Shown one piece after another: positions 1 through 9,717 of a DNA stretch of 62,088 nt. The DNA is from Candidatus Omnitrophota bacterium (lineage in GTDB: Bacteria > Omnitrophota > Gorgyraeia > 2-01-FULL-45-10), in contig JBAZNZ010000011.1 in the NCBI GenBank assembly GCA_041648975.1, positions 1-62,088 of the forward strand, written 5' to 3'. The position numbers were made by a program, and so were the translations under genes. Within the stretch, counting starts at the first letter, position 1, and the number at the start of each line of letters is the position of its first letter. The notes beneath the pieces were generated by a model. That model was not told the DNA's origin. It saw only the letters and a program-made list of their open reading frames with translations, and ran no database searches.

Positions 1-1735
1 GTGGCCAGGACCGGGAAGCTCAATTCGACATCTTCGGCTACGGTCTTTGCTCCGATATCGCCTAATACCGGGGCGCGGTTGACGTTGTTGACGGTGATGG
101 TGACATTTTCTGTATCTGTACCGGTGCCGTCTGAGATCGTAAAGGTAAGCGTATAATCTTTTGTCTGTGATGTGCCCGCGGCGTCATAACCGGGGATCCA
201 TGAGAAAGTCATTGTGCCGGCATCGAAAGTCGCCCCACCTGGTAAATTTGCCGCCGAATATGCTATCGGGTCATTGTCCGCGTCGCTGCCTGAAATCGTG
301 AAGCTAAGCGCCTGGCCTTCATCGATGCTCTGAGCGCCAATTGGATCGATGACCGGCAGATAACCGACGTATATCGCTATGTCTTCCGTATCTGTCAACA
401 CTCCGTCCGGAGAATCATCCGTAACTACAAAATGAACGTTCTCATAGGTGCCGGGAAACGCGGGCGTCCATGTAAATACACCTGTGTTCGGATCAAGAGC
501 GGCGCCAACGGGCAGGTTCGTGCATGTATATGTGACATCATCCGCGTCCGGATCAGTAGAAGAGAGCGTGAATGTCAACGGCATAGTCTCATCTATCAAC
601 TTATTGCCTATAGGACTAAGGACAGGCGAACGATTGACGTTATTTACTATGATAGAGATGGTTTCAGGATCGGACAGGTCGCCGTCGGAAGCAGTAAAAG
701 TTATGTTCTCATAAAGCGCTGCTTGTTCATAGGTTGGTGTCCAGTTGAACGCCCCTGTTTCGGAGTCGAAGGCCGCGCCGTCCGGCAAATTCTCTACGTA
801 ATAGGTGATCGTCTGGCCGTCAGGATCCGTAGCTGATACTGTAAAAGCCAGAGCCTGGACCTCATCGACCGTCTTATTGCCTATCGAATTAAGGACAGGC
901 GGACGATTGACGTTATTGACCGTGATCGGAAAATCCTGAGCAACTATATTAACACCGTCAGTCACCTCGAAACGTATGGAATAGTCGCCTGCCTGGTCGT
1001 AATCCGGCGTCCATATAAAGGTCCCGCTGTTCCCGACTGAAGTAAAATTAGCATGGTCCGGCACATTAACCGCCGACAAAGTCAGAGGATCTCCGTCTTC
1101 ATCGCTCGCGGCTAGGTCTACGGCCAGCGTATCGTCTTCATTTATAGAATTAGCGCCTTCTATGTTAAGGAACGGCAGCGTGTTCACGTTATCGACCGTG
1201 ATCGTTATATCTTCAGAAACTACATTTACACCGTCAGTTACTTCAAAGTGGACGTTCGGGTAGACGCCTGCGCTCTGGTAGTCTGTATCCCATGTAAATG
1301 CCCGGTCTGCAGGGAAAAAGTTTCCACCCGGCAAATTTGACGCGGAATACGTAAGCACATCTCCGTCCTCATCAGTAGCCGATATGTCAAAGCTCAATGT
1401 ATTAGGCTCGTTCACGACCATATCGCCGATGCGCTCAAGGACAGGCACAGTGTTCACATTATTGACCGTAATCGTTATATCTTCCGCGTAGACATCGAAG
1501 CCATCCGTCACCTCAAAATGGACATTGTAATAATTGCCTGCCTGTTGATAAGTCGGCAGCCAGGAAAAGACGCCATTGGTAAAAGTCGCGCCTGAAGGAA
1601 GATTGTCCGCGGAATATGTAAGAACATCGTTATCAGCGTCCGTTCCGGTCGGCCCGATTTCAAGCAGTAAATTTTCATCTGTAGACTGGTCGCCGATAGG
1701 ATCCAGGACCGGAGGCGTGTTGATACGGAACGCGG
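1..1735 (-). repeat. in-frame tandem coding repeats, about 270-280 bp (about 91 aa) period, at least 7 units
   Basis: The unit boundary motif (I-T-V-N-N-V-N-x-x-P-V-L; plus-strand forms such as gacgttattgaccgtgatcg) recurs near 92, 365, 645, 915, 1190, 1465 and 1730. Confidence 0.8.
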
Positions 1736-2096
1736 CGTTAGAATTGTCAAAGGTTGTCCCGGTATGTTCCTTTACCTTAATAAGACAGTTTGCGCTCGGC
1801 ATATACGGCACAGTGACATTCTCGGTGCCGTCGTTTATCGTATCCGTTACTATGTTCATCCATGAAGCGCCGTTATTGACGGAAAGCTTGATATCGACGT
1901 TTCCGACATCTCCCGTGCTGGTCCATTCTATAGTCTGAGTCGCGCCCGGCGAAACAACCTCTCCTCCGTTCGGATAAGTGACGGTTATAGATTTATCGTC
2001 GGCGGACGCCTGACAGGCAAACCCAAAAGATAGCGCAAAAAATATACCGGCAAACAGAACCGCTTTTAATCCGGACCAATTCCTCAAAGCCTTCAT
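1..2096 (-). CDS. secreted surface/adhesin-like protein with tandem cadherin-like (dystroglycan-type Ig, He_PIG-like) repeats; N-terminal part only, C-terminus lies beyond the window start
   Basis: The minus-strand frame is open from the ATG at 2096 (SD AAAGGAGG just upstream) to the window edge. It has no in-window stop, so it is absent from the ORF track. My translation gives signal peptide MKALRNWSGLKAVLFAGIFFALSFGFACQASA, an Ig-like N-terminal module, then tandem units. The units share the recurring pattern NVN-x-x-PVL..IG...DE...L.F...A.D.DGD.L.YS..NLP.GA.F......F.W.P.Y.QAG.Y...F.V.DG. Confidence 0.8.
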   Translation of the reverse strand, partial: MKALRNWSGLKAVLFAGIFFALSFGFACQASADDKSITVTYPNGGEVVSPGATQTIEWTSTGDVGNVDIKLSVNNGASWMNIVTDTINDGTENVTVPYMPSANCLIKVKEHTGTTFDNSNAAFRINTPPVLDPIGDQSTDENLLLEIGPTGTDADNDVLTYSADNLPSGATFTNGVFSWLPTYQQAGNYYNVHFEVTDGFDVYAEDITITVNNVNTVPVLERIGDMVVNEPNTLSFDISATDEDGDVLTYSASNLPGGNFFPADRAFTWDTDYQSAGVYPNVHFEVTDGVNVVSEDITITVDNVNTLPFLNIEGANSINEDDTLAVDLAASDEDGDPLTLSAVNVPDHANFTSVGNSGTFIWTPDYDQAGDYSIRFEVTDGVNIVAQDFPITVNNVNRPPVLNSIGNKTVDEVQALAFTVSATDPDGQTITYYVENLPDGAAFDSETGAFNWTPTYEQAALYENITFTASDGDLSDPETISIIVNNVNRSPVLSPIGNKLIDETMPLTFTLSSTDPDADDVTYTCTNLPVGAALDPNTGVFTWTPAFPGTYENVHFVVTDDSPDGVLTDTEDIAIYVGYLPVIDPIGAQSIDEGQALSFTISGSDADNDPIAYSAANLPGGATFDAGTMTFSWIPGYDAAGTSQTKDYTLTFTISDGTGTDTENVTITVNNVNRAPVLGDIGAKTVAEDVELSFPVLA

Positions 2097-2154
2097 GACG
2101 CCTCCTTTAATTTTTTACAAAAATGTACTTATTAAATATTAAAATTTAAGACAT

Positions 2155-2202
2155 AAAAAATCCCCAATAGCGTCAAGCAAAACATTTTTGCTACTATTGG
2201 GG
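2155..2202 (-). terminator. intrinsic terminator (minus strand)
   Basis: Minus-strand read: CCCCAATAG-T-AGCAAAA-ATG-TTTTGCT-TGACG-CTATTGGGG followed by ATTTTTT. The outer stem is 9 bp (2162-2170 with 2194-2202), there is an inner 7-bp stem, and a U-run follows. Confidence 0.65.
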
Positions 2203-2265
2203 ATCGATGGTGCTGTTTCCAAATTTTCCGTTCCGTTCAGGTTGTTTCCCGAGTTATGTAGGTTG

Positions 2266-2294
2266 ATGATAACATTTAAGTGGAACTAAGTCAA
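2266..2294 (-). promoter_or_regulatory. sigma70-like promoter candidate (minus strand)
   Basis: Minus strand reads TTGACT (2294-2289), a 17-nt spacer, then TATCAT (2271-2266). This is a consensus match only. Confidence 0.45.
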
Positions 2295-2398
2295 CTGAAA
2301 AAAACTAACTTTTTTATTCCTTACAGGCCGATTTTTGGAATGCCGTCCCGACGGAGATTTAAAGTACCCCGTCGGTGGAAATTGACTTAACCATTGCA

Positions 2399-2443
2399 AA
2401 CCTACGAGGTGTGATTACTCAAACCCGTCACACCTCGTAGGTT
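2399..2443. repeat. REP-like palindromic element, family CCTACGAGG/CCTCGTAGG, copy 1
   Basis: Perfect 16-bp arms AACCTACGAGGTGTGA (2399-2414) and TCACACCTCGTAGGTT (2428-2443), with loop TTACTCAAACCCG. Confidence 0.85.
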
Positions 2444-2455
2444 ATTCCAAGTTAA

Positions 2456-2505
2456 AACCTCGTAGGTTGCCTTTGCGGTATAACTGATAGGCATCCTACG
2501 AGGTT
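2456..2505. repeat. REP-like palindromic element, same family, copy 2 (arms in the opposite order)
   Basis: Arms AACCTCGTAGG (2456-2466) and CCTACGAGGTT (2495-2505). An inner TGCC/GGCA pairing extends the stem. The element ends 10 nt from the galT stop. Confidence 0.75.
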
Positions 2506-2514
2506 AAACATAGA

Positions 2515-3525
2515 TCATTGGTTAACTGCAGGTACCTTAGCTTTGCGCAGGAATTCGGCGCAGTCTTCGGGGACCGAGGAATTGATGAAGATCCCGGAGC
2601 CGAGCTCGAACCCGGCAGGCTGGGATATCCTGGGGATGACATTTATATGCCAGTGGAAATGCTGGTCGCCCTTCTCTTTGACCGGTATCGAACGGATGGT
2701 GTAATTGAAATCGGGGTTGCCGAGCGCCGAATAGAGCTTGCCCAGCACCGTCTTCAGGTGGCGCGACAGGTCGGCTATCTCCGCCTCATTTATCTCATCG
2801 AAAGACGTAGTATGACGCCGCGGGACGATCCACATCATAAAAGGCATTGCCGCCGCGTAAGGGACGAACGTCACGAACGAATCAGTCTCCAGGACAAGCC
2901 GGGCCTTTTCCGACAATTCCTGTTTCAGGATGCCGCAGAACATGCATTCGCCGGTGATATCGCTGTATCTGGTCGCCTGCTCTACCCGCGTCCTGATAGC
3001 GGGCGGCACTATCGGGGTGGCGACGAGCTGGGAATGGGCGTGCGCCTGGGAACTGCCTGCCTGCGCTCCGTGGTTCTTAAAGATTATTATGGACTCGATG
3101 CCGCCCATGCGCTGGATAGCCTCATAACGGTCCTTATACATCCTGATGATGTCGAAAACCTCCTCGTCCTTCATAAAAGGTATGGTCATGTTATGGCGCG
3201 GGTGCTCTACCAGGACCTCGTGGACGCCGAAACCGTTGATAAAGTGGTGCGGGCCGTCGAGCGTCCGCGTCCTCTCCAGCGCCGGGGAGAGCGCCGGGAA
3301 CTTATTGTATACCGCGCGCACCTTCCAGCTTGAGCCGTCCTTTACGCGAAACGTCTCGTCTTTACAGTCTCCTTCGTTGCCGGCGCAGAACGGGCAAGCC
3401 GCCTCATATGCAGGAAGCTCGACGGCAACGCCTTTGGCCTTTTTGAAGTCCGAAGGCCGCTTAGCCCTTTCACGCGCTATTATCACCCAGTCGCGCGATA
3501 TCATGTTATATCTTAATTCCGACAT
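2515..3525 (-). CDS. galT: galactose-1-phosphate uridylyltransferase family protein (HIT superfamily)
   Basis: 336 aa. It has a CPFC zinc knuckle near the N-terminus, the active-site block KNHGAQAGSSQAHAHSQ (HxHxQ), and SD GGAGG upstream of the ATG. Confidence 0.8.
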   Translation of the reverse strand: MSELRYNMISRDWVIIARERAKRPSDFKKAKGVAVELPAYEAACPFCAGNEGDCKDETFRVKDGSSWKVRAVYNKFPALSPALERTRTLDGPHHFINGFGVHEVLVEHPRHNMTIPFMKDEEVFDIIRMYKDRYEAIQRMGGIESIIIFKNHGAQAGSSQAHAHSQLVATPIVPPAIRTRVEQATRYSDITGECMFCGILKQELSEKARLVLETDSFVTFVPYAAAMPFMMWIVPRRHTTSFDEINEAEIADLSRHLKTVLGKLYSALGNPDFNYTIRSIPVKEKGDQHFHWHINVIPRISQPAGFELGSGIFINSSVPEDCAEFLRKAKVPAVNQ

Positions 3526-3704
3526 CCATTACCTCCAGCGCCTTTTATTGTTCGAGAGAGCAATGGTTTCTTATAGGCGAATCGAGAACTTCTTCATATC
3601 GGTTCTTCTCGACCCTTCGACTTCGCTCAGGGTCGATACCGAGCTTTTGTCGAGGTATCGACGCGCCAGAGTTAAATTAGAGCTTGCTCGAAGAATAAAT
3701 GGTG

Positions 3705-5585
3705 CTACTTCTTGAATAGCGATTTTAGCGAATTGATCGTATCGTTGATGTCTTCGCTCTGTCCGGAGGCGTCCGCCGAAGATACCCCTTCCGCGTTTTT
3801 GTCGCCGCTGCCCTTATTGATCAGCTTTTTCAACGCGTCGATCCCCTTTTTCTTTAACTTCTCCCCAATGTCGGTGATATACGGCTTCACAAGCTTCATG
3901 AGCGACTCCTGGAAACCGCCGAATTCCGGCTTCTCGACTGTGCCGGTAATATTGAATTTCAGTTCCGCGGGATTTATCATATTAAGCGCGTCGATTATCA
4001 CTCCGACAGGCACAATGCCGACGGCCGTCGCGCCGGCGCCTTTCTGTTCCAGCAGATGGTTCTTCAGCTTTATATCATTGCGTGAATCTATGGAGTCGCC
4101 GCGTATGTTTGTCTTCGACCTCATCGTAAGAGCGCCCTTTTTTACCTTAACGGGTAATGAATCCTCATAAATAAACCGGACCGCGTCGAGGTCGATGTCA
4201 TCGAGCTCGACGTCAAGGCGGACATTCCCGGACGGCGCGCCGGAGCCTTTAGAGAAGAAGATATTGAACTTGCCGGCGGATGATCCTCCCCTATTTACAA
4301 CGCCTCTAAATTCCACAAGGTCCAGGGCCATCCCGTTCTCCGGGTCATACTTCAGCCCTCCCAGACGGACCTTCGCGCGCTCTACCTCTACCTTCTGTCC
4401 GCCTTCGGCTTCGATGTTAACGCGGCCGTTATCTATCGTAAGGTTCCTTATCTCGAAAAGATAGAGGTCCTTCTGCGTCTTGAAACGGACTAGCCTTCCT
4501 TTCGGAAGTTCTTCAACCGTCTTAGTCACCTTCCTGGCGCGGGCAGCCGCTTCCCTGGCCTTCTCCCGGGCCTCCCCGGAAGAGCGGCTCTTCACCATCT
4601 CGCATGCCTTACCAAACCAGTCCTTCTTCTTCATGGCAAGCTGCCACGCGCTCTCGCCGGGCGCGGCCTCTTTCTTCGCCAGCCGCTCGACATTAAAAGA
4701 ACCGTCAGGCTCGCCGACCAGGTCTATCTCCGCGCCGCTCATGCGCATGTTCGAGAAGACGATCTGCCGCCTAAGTAGCGCTAACGGGCTTATGCCGACC
4801 GAGACATCGTCCGCCTTCGCGATACGCACATCCTTATTATCGGGGTCAAATACCTTAAAATCGTTTATGGTGACCGATAACGTAAGCGGCCAGAAATTCG
4901 CCTTACCTATATGTATAGCGGCGTCATGCTTATTTATCTCGGACACAAGGAACGAGGTGACTGCCGGGCTCACGATGAGCCCCACCCCGAAATGGAATAT
5001 CAGAAGCGCGGCTATTATCATAATAATACCGGGTATATTTACATGCCGCAGAGTTTTTTTCGGCGCCGCTCCGGGGCCGGCGGCTCCGGCGGCCCGCTTC
5101 CTTCCCGATATCCGCGCCATGAACGCCGAATTTCTGATCCTATCCAGATACTTCGCGTTTATAACAGCGCTTATCTTTTTTGAAATGAGGTAAACCGGAA
5201 CGAAAAGCGCGGCCGAAACGGCAAGCCCTCCGGCAACAAGCGTATTATTTATATCCAAATACGCTATGACGGGCATGTGTGTTATCAACCTCCACATCCC
5301 GGCAAGATAATCGGCGCCTGCCAGCAGATATGTACCGACGCTTTCTGTAAGCCTGCTTGCTCCCATAAGATATACGGCCTTGAATAGCGGCAGGGCAACC
5401 AGCGTCGACATCCGGTTTATCCTGAAGACAAGGAAGAATACCATAAGGAGGAGCGCAATAGGCCCGTTCAACGGGATGAAGCCGAGAAACATCGCCAGGC
5501 ATACCCCGAGGGCCATTTCGCGCGGAGAGATGTTTGCCTGCAGGAATCTCATCACCTTTAACGGCATATTAATATATGAAAACAT
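3705..5585 (-). CDS. envelope protein: DUF2062/TIGR03546-like polytopic N-terminal domain fused to a large AsmA/DUF748/TIGR03545-like domain
   Basis: 626 aa. The first ~150 aa are hydrophobic (SPREMALGVCLAMFLGFIPLNGPIALLLMVFFLVFRINR...). A further TM anchor and a long soluble region follow. Domain names are from recall only. Confidence 0.5.
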   Translation of the reverse strand: MFSYINMPLKVMRFLQANISPREMALGVCLAMFLGFIPLNGPIALLLMVFFLVFRINRMSTLVALPLFKAVYLMGASRLTESVGTYLLAGADYLAGMWRLITHMPVIAYLDINNTLVAGGLAVSAALFVPVYLISKKISAVINAKYLDRIRNSAFMARISGRKRAAGAAGPGAAPKKTLRHVNIPGIIMIIAALLIFHFGVGLIVSPAVTSFLVSEINKHDAAIHIGKANFWPLTLSVTINDFKVFDPDNKDVRIAKADDVSVGISPLALLRRQIVFSNMRMSGAEIDLVGEPDGSFNVERLAKKEAAPGESAWQLAMKKKDWFGKACEMVKSRSSGEAREKAREAAARARKVTKTVEELPKGRLVRFKTQKDLYLFEIRNLTIDNGRVNIEAEGGQKVEVERAKVRLGGLKYDPENGMALDLVEFRGVVNRGGSSAGKFNIFFSKGSGAPSGNVRLDVELDDIDLDAVRFIYEDSLPVKVKKGALTMRSKTNIRGDSIDSRNDIKLKNHLLEQKGAGATAVGIVPVGVIIDALNMINPAELKFNITGTVEKPEFGGFQESLMKLVKPYITDIGEKLKKKGIDALKKLINKGSGDKNAEGVSSADASGQSEDINDTINSLKSLFKK

Positions 5586-5618
5586 CGATAACGTCCTCTT
5601 TTTTATTCAATCTAAATC

Positions 5619-7088
5619 TCACTCGCCATGCTGCGGAGCATCTTTGGCCAGTGACGCCAGGACAAGGGCAATGACACTGAGCAATACGCCGAATGCGAAC
5701 GCCCCGCGGAACCCTGTTATCGCTATATCCGGGTGTTCCCGGACCTCCGCGAACAGTATGTGCATCTTTGCCGCGTTGAAAAGGATTATCTGCGAGGTTA
5801 TGAGGACCAGGACGGCCAGGCCCATGGACGATCCGGCATTCGCGCATATCTTATAGACGCCGGAGCCGACGCCATGCCTGCCTGCCGGCACATGGCCCAT
5901 GACAAGCTTGTTGTTCGGCGCTATGAAGAGGCCCATTCCCATCCCCAGGAATAGCAACGCCAGGGCTATAAGCGCATCCGGCGAATTTTGCCCCACGAAA
6001 GAAAGCATTATGAAGGCGACCAGGATCAGGGCCGCTCCGGCAACGCATATCCTGCGGCAGCCCATGCGGTCCGAGAGGATCCCGGCAACCGGGGCAATAA
6101 GCATCATTAGTACGGAAGGGAATGTCATGATTAAACCCGCTTTTGCGATATCCAGGCTCCTTACCATTTCAAGATAAAAAGGGAACAGGAAGATGAAGCC
6201 TATAACCAGGGCCATGACGAGGAACAGGGCGCCGACGCTGAAAGTGAAATCGAGGTTTTTGAAAAGCTTGAGGTCCAACAGCGGCGCGGGCGCCGTCTTT
6301 TCCCTGAAGAAAAAAACGGCGAACAATATTAGCGACGCGGCCGCGAACGAAAATACCGCGAGATGGTCGAAGACCGGCTTCGACATGGAATTGACCGCGT
6401 AGAGAAGGGCGCCGAGGGCGAAAAACAGCAGCGCCGCGCCGGGAAGGTCAAACCTCTTTTCGGCGGGCGGGATGTGTTTCCACGGCAGGACTTTCAAGGA
6501 CAACAGGACGACAAAGATGCCCGCGGTGATGGAGAATACAAAGTTGTAACGCCAGTTAAGGACGCTGTTGATGTAACCGCCCAGAAGCGACCCGGCAACC
6601 ATGCCGAAACCCTGGAACATGGCATACAACCCGAACGCCCTGCCTCTTATGTTTTGCGGCAAAAACGCGGTGATGAGCACTATCTCCATCGGGCTGTAGA
6701 CCGCCTGCCCGCACGACTGGAACGTGCGCGCCAGGAGAAGCGTGTGGAACGTCGGTGAGATCGCGCACAGGAAGCCGCCGACGGCGAATCCGCTAACGCC
6801 GACCAGGAATATCTTTTTGTAGCCGACGATGTCGGCCAATTTGCCGAAACCGAGAAGCAGACTCGTTATTATCAAGAGGTATATTGTGGGGAGCCACGCT
6901 ACATCGATCAATCTTACCTTGAAATGGCTGGCTATAACAGACAGAGAAATGTTCAGGCTTGCGTAGTCATAAGTCACGAGGAAACCGACGAGGCAGATGA
7001 TGACGATAACTAGCAGCTGCTTTTTTTTATCTTCTATGACGTATTCGTCTGCCAATGCTACCTCGCTTCTTTGCTCGAGTAATGACAA
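5619..7088 (-). CDS. MFS transporter (DHA2/EmrB-like, about 14 TM)
   Basis: 489 aa and polytopic, with an MFS-type loop motif (GKLADIVGYKK). The ORF starts with TTG, so the start is uncertain. Confidence 0.75.
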   Translation of the reverse strand: MSLLEQRSEVALADEYVIEDKKKQLLVIVIICLVGFLVTYDYASLNISLSVIASHFKVRLIDVAWLPTIYLLIITSLLLGFGKLADIVGYKKIFLVGVSGFAVGGFLCAISPTFHTLLLARTFQSCGQAVYSPMEIVLITAFLPQNIRGRAFGLYAMFQGFGMVAGSLLGGYINSVLNWRYNFVFSITAGIFVVLLSLKVLPWKHIPPAEKRFDLPGAALLFFALGALLYAVNSMSKPVFDHLAVFSFAAASLILFAVFFFREKTAPAPLLDLKLFKNLDFTFSVGALFLVMALVIGFIFLFPFYLEMVRSLDIAKAGLIMTFPSVLMMLIAPVAGILSDRMGCRRICVAGAALILVAFIMLSFVGQNSPDALIALALLFLGMGMGLFIAPNNKLVMGHVPAGRHGVGSGVYKICANAGSSMGLAVLVLITSQIILFNAAKMHILFAEVREHPDIAITGFRGAFAFGVLLSVIALVLASLAKDAPQHGE

Positions 7089-7115
7089 ATCTATGATAGT
7101 AGGGGAGGTTTAAAC

Positions 7116-7379
7116 CTACCCTACACCGGAAGCGATGAGGACCGTTACGTTATTCTTCAGAACCTCTATAAATCCGTTTCGGTCCGAATTGAATATCTCG
7201 CGATCGCCCGATTCTTTTTTTACTGTGATCCTGCCGGAGCGCAGATTAGCTATTAACGGCGCATGGTCGGCCAACACTCCCATGAAGCCTGATTCGGAAG
7301 GAACGACCAGGGAAACGGCCCTGCCTTCATATACGACCTTTTCCGGAGAGAGTATGGTGAGGTTGAACGGTTTTGCCAT
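7116..7379 (-). CDS. atpC: F1 ATP synthase epsilon subunit, short form (beta-sandwich domain only)
   Basis: 87 aa. The sequence LTILSPEKVVYEGRAVSLVVPSESGFMGVLADHAPLIANL is typical of the epsilon N-terminal domain. It is the last gene of the atp operon. Confidence 0.85.
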   Translation of the reverse strand: MAKPFNLTILSPEKVVYEGRAVSLVVPSESGFMGVLADHAPLIANLRSGRITVKKESGDREIFNSDRNGFIEVLKNNVTVLIASGVG

Positions 7380-7389
7380 TAGATAAGCC

Positions 7390-8799
<1,410 letters not shown>

Positions 8800-8859
8800 C
8801 TATCCAAGCTTTGGCTGAATCCCGCCCCCAGCTGACTCCAGGCGGGATGAAGCTCCCGT

Positions 8860-9717
8860 TCAGTCTCTCAGCACTTCGGCGGCGGACGCGATCTCGATCA
8901 CCTCTCTGGTGATCGAGGCCTGCCGCGCTTTATTCCTCATCAGCGTAAGCGTGTCGATGAATTCGTCCGCGTTGTCGGTCGCGGCCTTCATCGCGATCAT
9001 GCGGGACGAGTGCTCCGACGCGAACGCGTCGAGGAGCGTAAGGCGCAGCTTTTCCGATATATACGCCGGTATAAGCGAATCGGCGGCGGCCCTGATATCA
9101 GGCTCTACCAGGTACTCGAGCCCCGCTTCATTTTTCGTATATTCGATGTTCAGGATCTTCTGCACCTTTATCTTGTAACGCAGCATAGAATTGAAATGCG
9201 TATGCGCGGTATAGACCTCATCGACGATATTGTTGAGGAACATGGCGATAAGGCCGTCGGATATATCTTTCGACGCTTCATACGAATATTTTCCGTGCAG
9301 CCCGACGTAATATCCGCTTATCTCGAAACCGCGAGCCTTAAAAAAATTATATCCTTCCTTCCCTACCAGAACCAGCTTCACCTTGTCTTTATCATACGCT
9401 CTCATGAACTCCCCGCACGAGCGCATTACGGCGTGGTTGTATGTGCCGCATAGCCCGGTATCCGATGTCATCACGCAGAGGGCTATGCTGCCGCCCCCCG
9501 GACGCTTCTCGAGCAGCGGATGGCTGACCTCCGTGCCTGACGCGAGCAGGTCGTTCAATATCGTCTCCAGTTTATTAAAATACGGCCGTGACTGGAATAG
9601 CGTCGACCTGACACGGTTCAATTTCGCCGCGGAGATCATCTGCATGGCCCGCGTTATCTTGCGGGTAGACTCGACGCTGCGGATCCTGCGTTTTATATTC
9701 TGCAAGGATTGGATCAT
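8860..9717 (-). CDS. atpG: F1 ATP synthase gamma subunit
   Basis: 285 aa. The N-terminus [26 protein letters not shown] and the C-terminal [13 protein letters not shown] are gamma hallmarks. Confidence 0.95.
   Translation of the reverse strand: MIQSLQNIKRRIRSVESTRKITRAMQMISAAKLNRVRSTLFQSRPYFNKLETILNDLLASGTEVSHPLLEKRPGGGSIALCVMTSDTGLCGTYNHAVMRSCGEFMRAYDKDKVKLVLVGKEGYNFFKARGFEISGYYVGLHGKYSYEASKDISDGLIAMFLNNIVDEVYTAHTHFNSMLRYKIKVQKILNIEYTKNEAGLEYLVEPDIRAAADSLIPAYISEKLRLTLLDAFASEHSSRMIAMKAATDNADEFIDTLTLMRNKARQASITREVIEIASAAEVLRD

Noticed and set aside
432-1938. Track ORFs 432..836, 448..714 and 1576..1938 (plus strand) and 1508..1750 (minus strand, other frame).
   Set aside because: They lie antisense to, or out of frame within, the long open minus-strand frame. 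That frame encodes a coherent signal peptide plus cadherin-like repeat protein. These ORFs have no recognisable motifs.
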